The notes beneath the pieces are model-generated. The model saw only the letters and a program-made list of their open reading frames with translations. It was not told the DNA's origin and ran no database searches. From contig OZ241993.1 of the NCBI GenBank assembly GCA_965204575.1, positions 1,728,001-1,792,000 on the forward strand: DNA of 64,000 nt. Reading direction: 5' to 3'. The translations under genes were made by a program, and so were the position numbers. This DNA comes from an uncultured candidatus Porisulfidus sp. GTDB lineage: Bacteria > Pseudomonadota > Gammaproteobacteria > Poriferisulfidales > Poriferisulfidaceae. Positions 61,557-64,000 of the stretch are shown piece after piece (the stretch's first letter is position 1; each line of letters opens with the position of its first letter).

Positions 61557-63044
61557 TCAGGCCTCCGGCAGCTGCATTACCAGGTTTTCGCGCGCCTTCA
61601 TGATCAGGGCGCCTGCCCGCTCTTCGTCCAGCGACTCGATCTCAGGCAACTCGTCCAGGGCCAGTTCCGCCAGTTGCCGCCGCGTGGTAATGCCGTGCAG
61701 GGCCAACTGCATGGCCAGGTCGGGATCCATTCCCTCCACGTTGAGGATGTCCTCATCCTCTGCCATCTCCGCACTCTGCGCCAGGCTGTCCTGCGCCCGT
61801 TCCTTCAGTTCAGCCACCACCTGCTCGTTGAACTCGTCGATCAGCAGCAGGTCCTGATCCGGCACGTACGCAAGCTCCTGGACTTCCCGGAAGCCGTTCT
61901 CTACCAGGATCCCTGCAATATGCTCGTCGACATCCAGCTCTTCCTGGAACCGCTCTTCGAGCACCCGCTGCTCCTGATCGCTCTTCTCCCGCAGTTCCTG
62001 CGCCGTCATGACGTTCAGCGTCCAGCCGGTCAACTGGCTCGCCAGGCGGACGTTCTGCCCGTTCCGGCCGATCGCCTGCGACAGGCGCTCTTCCTCGACC
62101 GCAATATCCATGACCTGGTTCTCCTCATCCTGGACGATCTCGTCGACCGAAGGGAGCGACATGGCGTTGATCACGTACTGCGCCGAATTTTCGTGCCAGG
62201 TAATGATGTCGATGCGTTCACCGGACAGTTCGTTGGAGACCGCCTGCACACGGGAACCGCGCATGCCCACGCAGGCACCGACTGGATCCAGCCGGGAGTC
62301 GTTGGTGCGCACCGCGATCTTGGCGCGGATTCCGGGGTCCCGCGCAGCAGCCACGATCTCGATCAGCCCCTGTTCGATCTCCGGGACTTCCAGGTGGAAC
62401 AGTTGGACCAGGAACTCCGGCACGGTCCGGGACAGGATCAACTGCGGGCCGCGGGTTTCCTGGCGCACTTCGCGCAGGTAGGCGCGAAGCCGGTCGCCGG
62501 TGCGGATGATTTCGCGCTGGATGGTGTCCTCGCGCGGAATGAACCCTTCCGTGTTCCCGCCCAGGTCGATGTAGGCGCCGGCATGCTCGACCCGCTTGAC
62601 GATGCCGATCAGCAGGTCGCCGACCTTGTCTTCATAGGCTTCCGCGATCTGCGCCCGTTCCGCCTCGCGCACTTTCTGCACGATGACCTGCTTGGCGGTG
62701 TGCGCGGAAATCCGCCCAATGTCCACGGAATCGATCGGCTCCTCGATGTAGTCGCCGATTTCCAGCTTCGGGTCCCGCTGCTGCGCGGTGCTCAGCAGGA
62801 TCTGCCCGTCGGGCGACTGGAACTCGGGGTCGTCGTCGGCCATCACCAGCCAGCGCCGGAACGTGTCGTAGGCGCCCGTCTCCCGGTCAATGGCGATACG
62901 CACGTCGGCATCGCCGCCCAGGTTCTTGCGGGTCGCCGCCGCCAGAGCCACCTCCAGCGCATCAAAGATAATTTCGCGCTCGATGCCCTTCTCCGTAGAG
63001 ACGGTGTCGACCACGGCCAGAATGTCTATACCGGCATCACTCAT
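61557..63044 (-). CDS. nusA: Transcription elongation factor NusA
   Basis: AKQVIVQKVREAER, ARDPG.RAKIAV, GACVGMRGSR, AIGRNGQNVRLA. Confidence 0.98.
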   Translation of the reverse strand: MSDAGIDILAVVDTVSTEKGIEREIIFDALEVALAAATRKNLGGDADVRIAIDRETGAYDTFRRWLVMADDDPEFQSPDGQILLSTAQQRDPKLEIGDYIEEPIDSVDIGRISAHTAKQVIVQKVREAERAQIAEAYEDKVGDLLIGIVKRVEHAGAYIDLGGNTEGFIPREDTIQREIIRTGDRLRAYLREVRQETRGPQLILSRTVPEFLVQLFHLEVPEIEQGLIEIVAAARDPGIRAKIAVRTNDSRLDPVGACVGMRGSRVQAVSNELSGERIDIITWHENSAQYVINAMSLPSVDEIVQDEENQVMDIAVEEERLSQAIGRNGQNVRLASQLTGWTLNVMTAQELREKSDQEQRVLEERFQEELDVDEHIAGILVENGFREVQELAYVPDQDLLLIDEFNEQVVAELKERAQDSLAQSAEMAEDEDILNVEGMDPDLAMQLALHGITTRRQLAELALDELPEIESLDEERAGALIMKARENLVMQLPEA

Positions 63045-63050
63045 CGCCAG

Positions 63051-63521
63051 TCATTCCTCCTCATAGTGCAATCGCGCCTGGGCGATTACGTTGTAGGGAA
63101 CCACGAACCTCTGTTCGTCTTCCCGGATTTCCACGGCATTGCCGTTCGCCGCCTCGATCGTCCCGAACAGGCGACGGCGTCCTTCCAGCGGCCAGCGCAG
63201 GCGTATCGACACCTGCGAATCCCGGTAGCGCTGGAAATGCTCCGGGCACAGCAGCAGGCGGTCCAGCCCCGGCGAGGATACTTCCAGCCGGTAGGCGGTC
63301 CGGATCGGGTCCGCCACGTCCAGCAGCCCGCTCACCTGGTCGCTGACGGCCGCGCAGTCGGCGTGGCTGATGCCGTCCGGGTGGTCGATGTACACGCACA
63401 CCCGACCTTGGCGCACACCCAACTGGCATACCAGCCCCCACAGCTCGTAGCCCATTCTTTCGATTTGGGGTGCGATCAGGGACCTTAATGTTTGAGTCGT
63501 GCCGTCGGCCCTCATCAACAT
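63051..63521 (-). CDS. rimP: Ribosome maturation factor RimP
   Basis: GYELWG, VYIDHPDG, DC..VS, Y.LEVSSPGLDR. Confidence 0.95.
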   Translation of the reverse strand: MLMRADGTTQTLRSLIAPQIERMGYELWGLVCQLGVRQGRVCVYIDHPDGISHADCAAVSDQVSGLLDVADPIRTAYRLEVSSPGLDRLLLCPEHFQRYRDSQVSIRLRWPLEGRRRLFGTIEAANGNAVEIREDEQRFVVPYNVIAQARLHYEEE

Positions 63522-63537
63522 TCCTCCCGAACCTAAC

Positions 63538-63561
63538 AGAAACCCCCTTTCGGGGGCTTCT
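63538..63561 (-). promoter_or_regulatory. rimP leader hairpin (terminator-like)
   Basis: AGAAGCCCCC-GAAA-GGGGGTTTCT then GTT, between a TATAAT (63591-63596) and the rimP RBS GGGAGG. Confidence 0.65.
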
Positions 63562-63650
63562 ATGGGAACCCAGGTTGTGTCCTGCCCCTAATTATACACG
63601 GTTCAGGCGTATGTGCCCGGTATTGAACGCAAAAATTCGGCGTATTCTAA

Positions 63651-63851
63651 TTACTTGGAGCCGGGAAATATATCCGGTTCGGGAGGCGGGAGTTCCGAGT
63701 CCGTGCCCCAAGAAGAGACCCAAGCAGCCACCTTCTCCTGCGAGATGAAGATTCCCTTATCCGCCTCTACTACGGCTTCACGAATCGCCACACGCTTATG
63801 GCTCTTCTCGTCTGCATCAATCTGAAAATTCAGTCGTTCAATCGCCATCAT
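63651..63851 (-). CDS. Orphan, probably truncated CopG-type antitoxin (RelE/ParE partner type)
   Basis: C-terminal AIREAVVEADKG.FIS.EKV.AW..SWGT..ELPPP pattern; no toxin downstream. Confidence 0.55.
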   Translation of the reverse strand: MMAIERLNFQIDADEKSHKRVAIREAVVEADKGIFISQEKVAAWVSSWGTDSELPPPEPDIFPGSK

Positions 63852-63936
63852 TCAATCCCTGCGCGCGCAATGTTTGATATCGGGGAACAGTCTACTTCAT
63901 ATCGGACGATATTGGGGATTAAAACCGTTCGCTGCC

Positions 63937-63999
63937 TTATTCGAAGCGGGAACTGAGCGATACGTACGCCCGGCGCCCACGCGGGTCGGCAGTGCGCGG
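63937..63999 (-). CDS. C-terminus of a gene entering from beyond the window, possibly a TonB-dependent receptor
   Basis: PRTADPRGRRAYVSLSSRFE* resembles the GR..Y.SL..RF terminal beta-strand; only 20 codons visible. Confidence 0.3.
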   Translation of the reverse strand, partial: PRTADPRGRRAYVSLSSRFE

Positions 64000-64000
64000 G

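Overview
GC-rich gammaproteobacterial chromosome segment, mostly core housekeeping genes: dxs (partial)/xseB, ygfZ, lysS-prfB (programmed +1 frameshift), proA-holA, pncC-recA-recX-alaS-lysC-csrA-tRNA-Ser(GCT), mutS, arsC-wrbA, hda, purMN, tldD/pmbA, gmhA, petABC-sspAB, murA-hisG-aroG-hisD, maf, sppA and rimP-nusA-infB-rbfA-truB. Several canonical operons lack members or are reshuffled. Six small accessory patches, mostly of visibly lower GC, are interspersed: (1) an islet beyond the tRNA-Ser 3' end (Zur-box COG0523 GTPase + DUF1826, DUF2806, a decaying serine protease, a very acidic small protein); (2) MNT-HEPN pair, DUF1640, an EEP nuclease and a degenerate copy of its 3' end that now overlaps a small antisense membrane ORF; (3) an XamI-like restriction-modification cassette between DUF1326 and DUF2182, whose endonuclease is frame-broken exactly at an A_AAA_AAG slippery heptamer; (4) a DUF6338-like membrane protein followed by an unannotated 42-aa nine-proline peptide; (5) a PIN-type toxin-antitoxin pair plus a dead antitoxin; (6) an orphan antitoxin-like ORF upstream of rimP. 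No CRISPR array, integrase or transposase was found. All family assignments come from motif recognition, not database searches.
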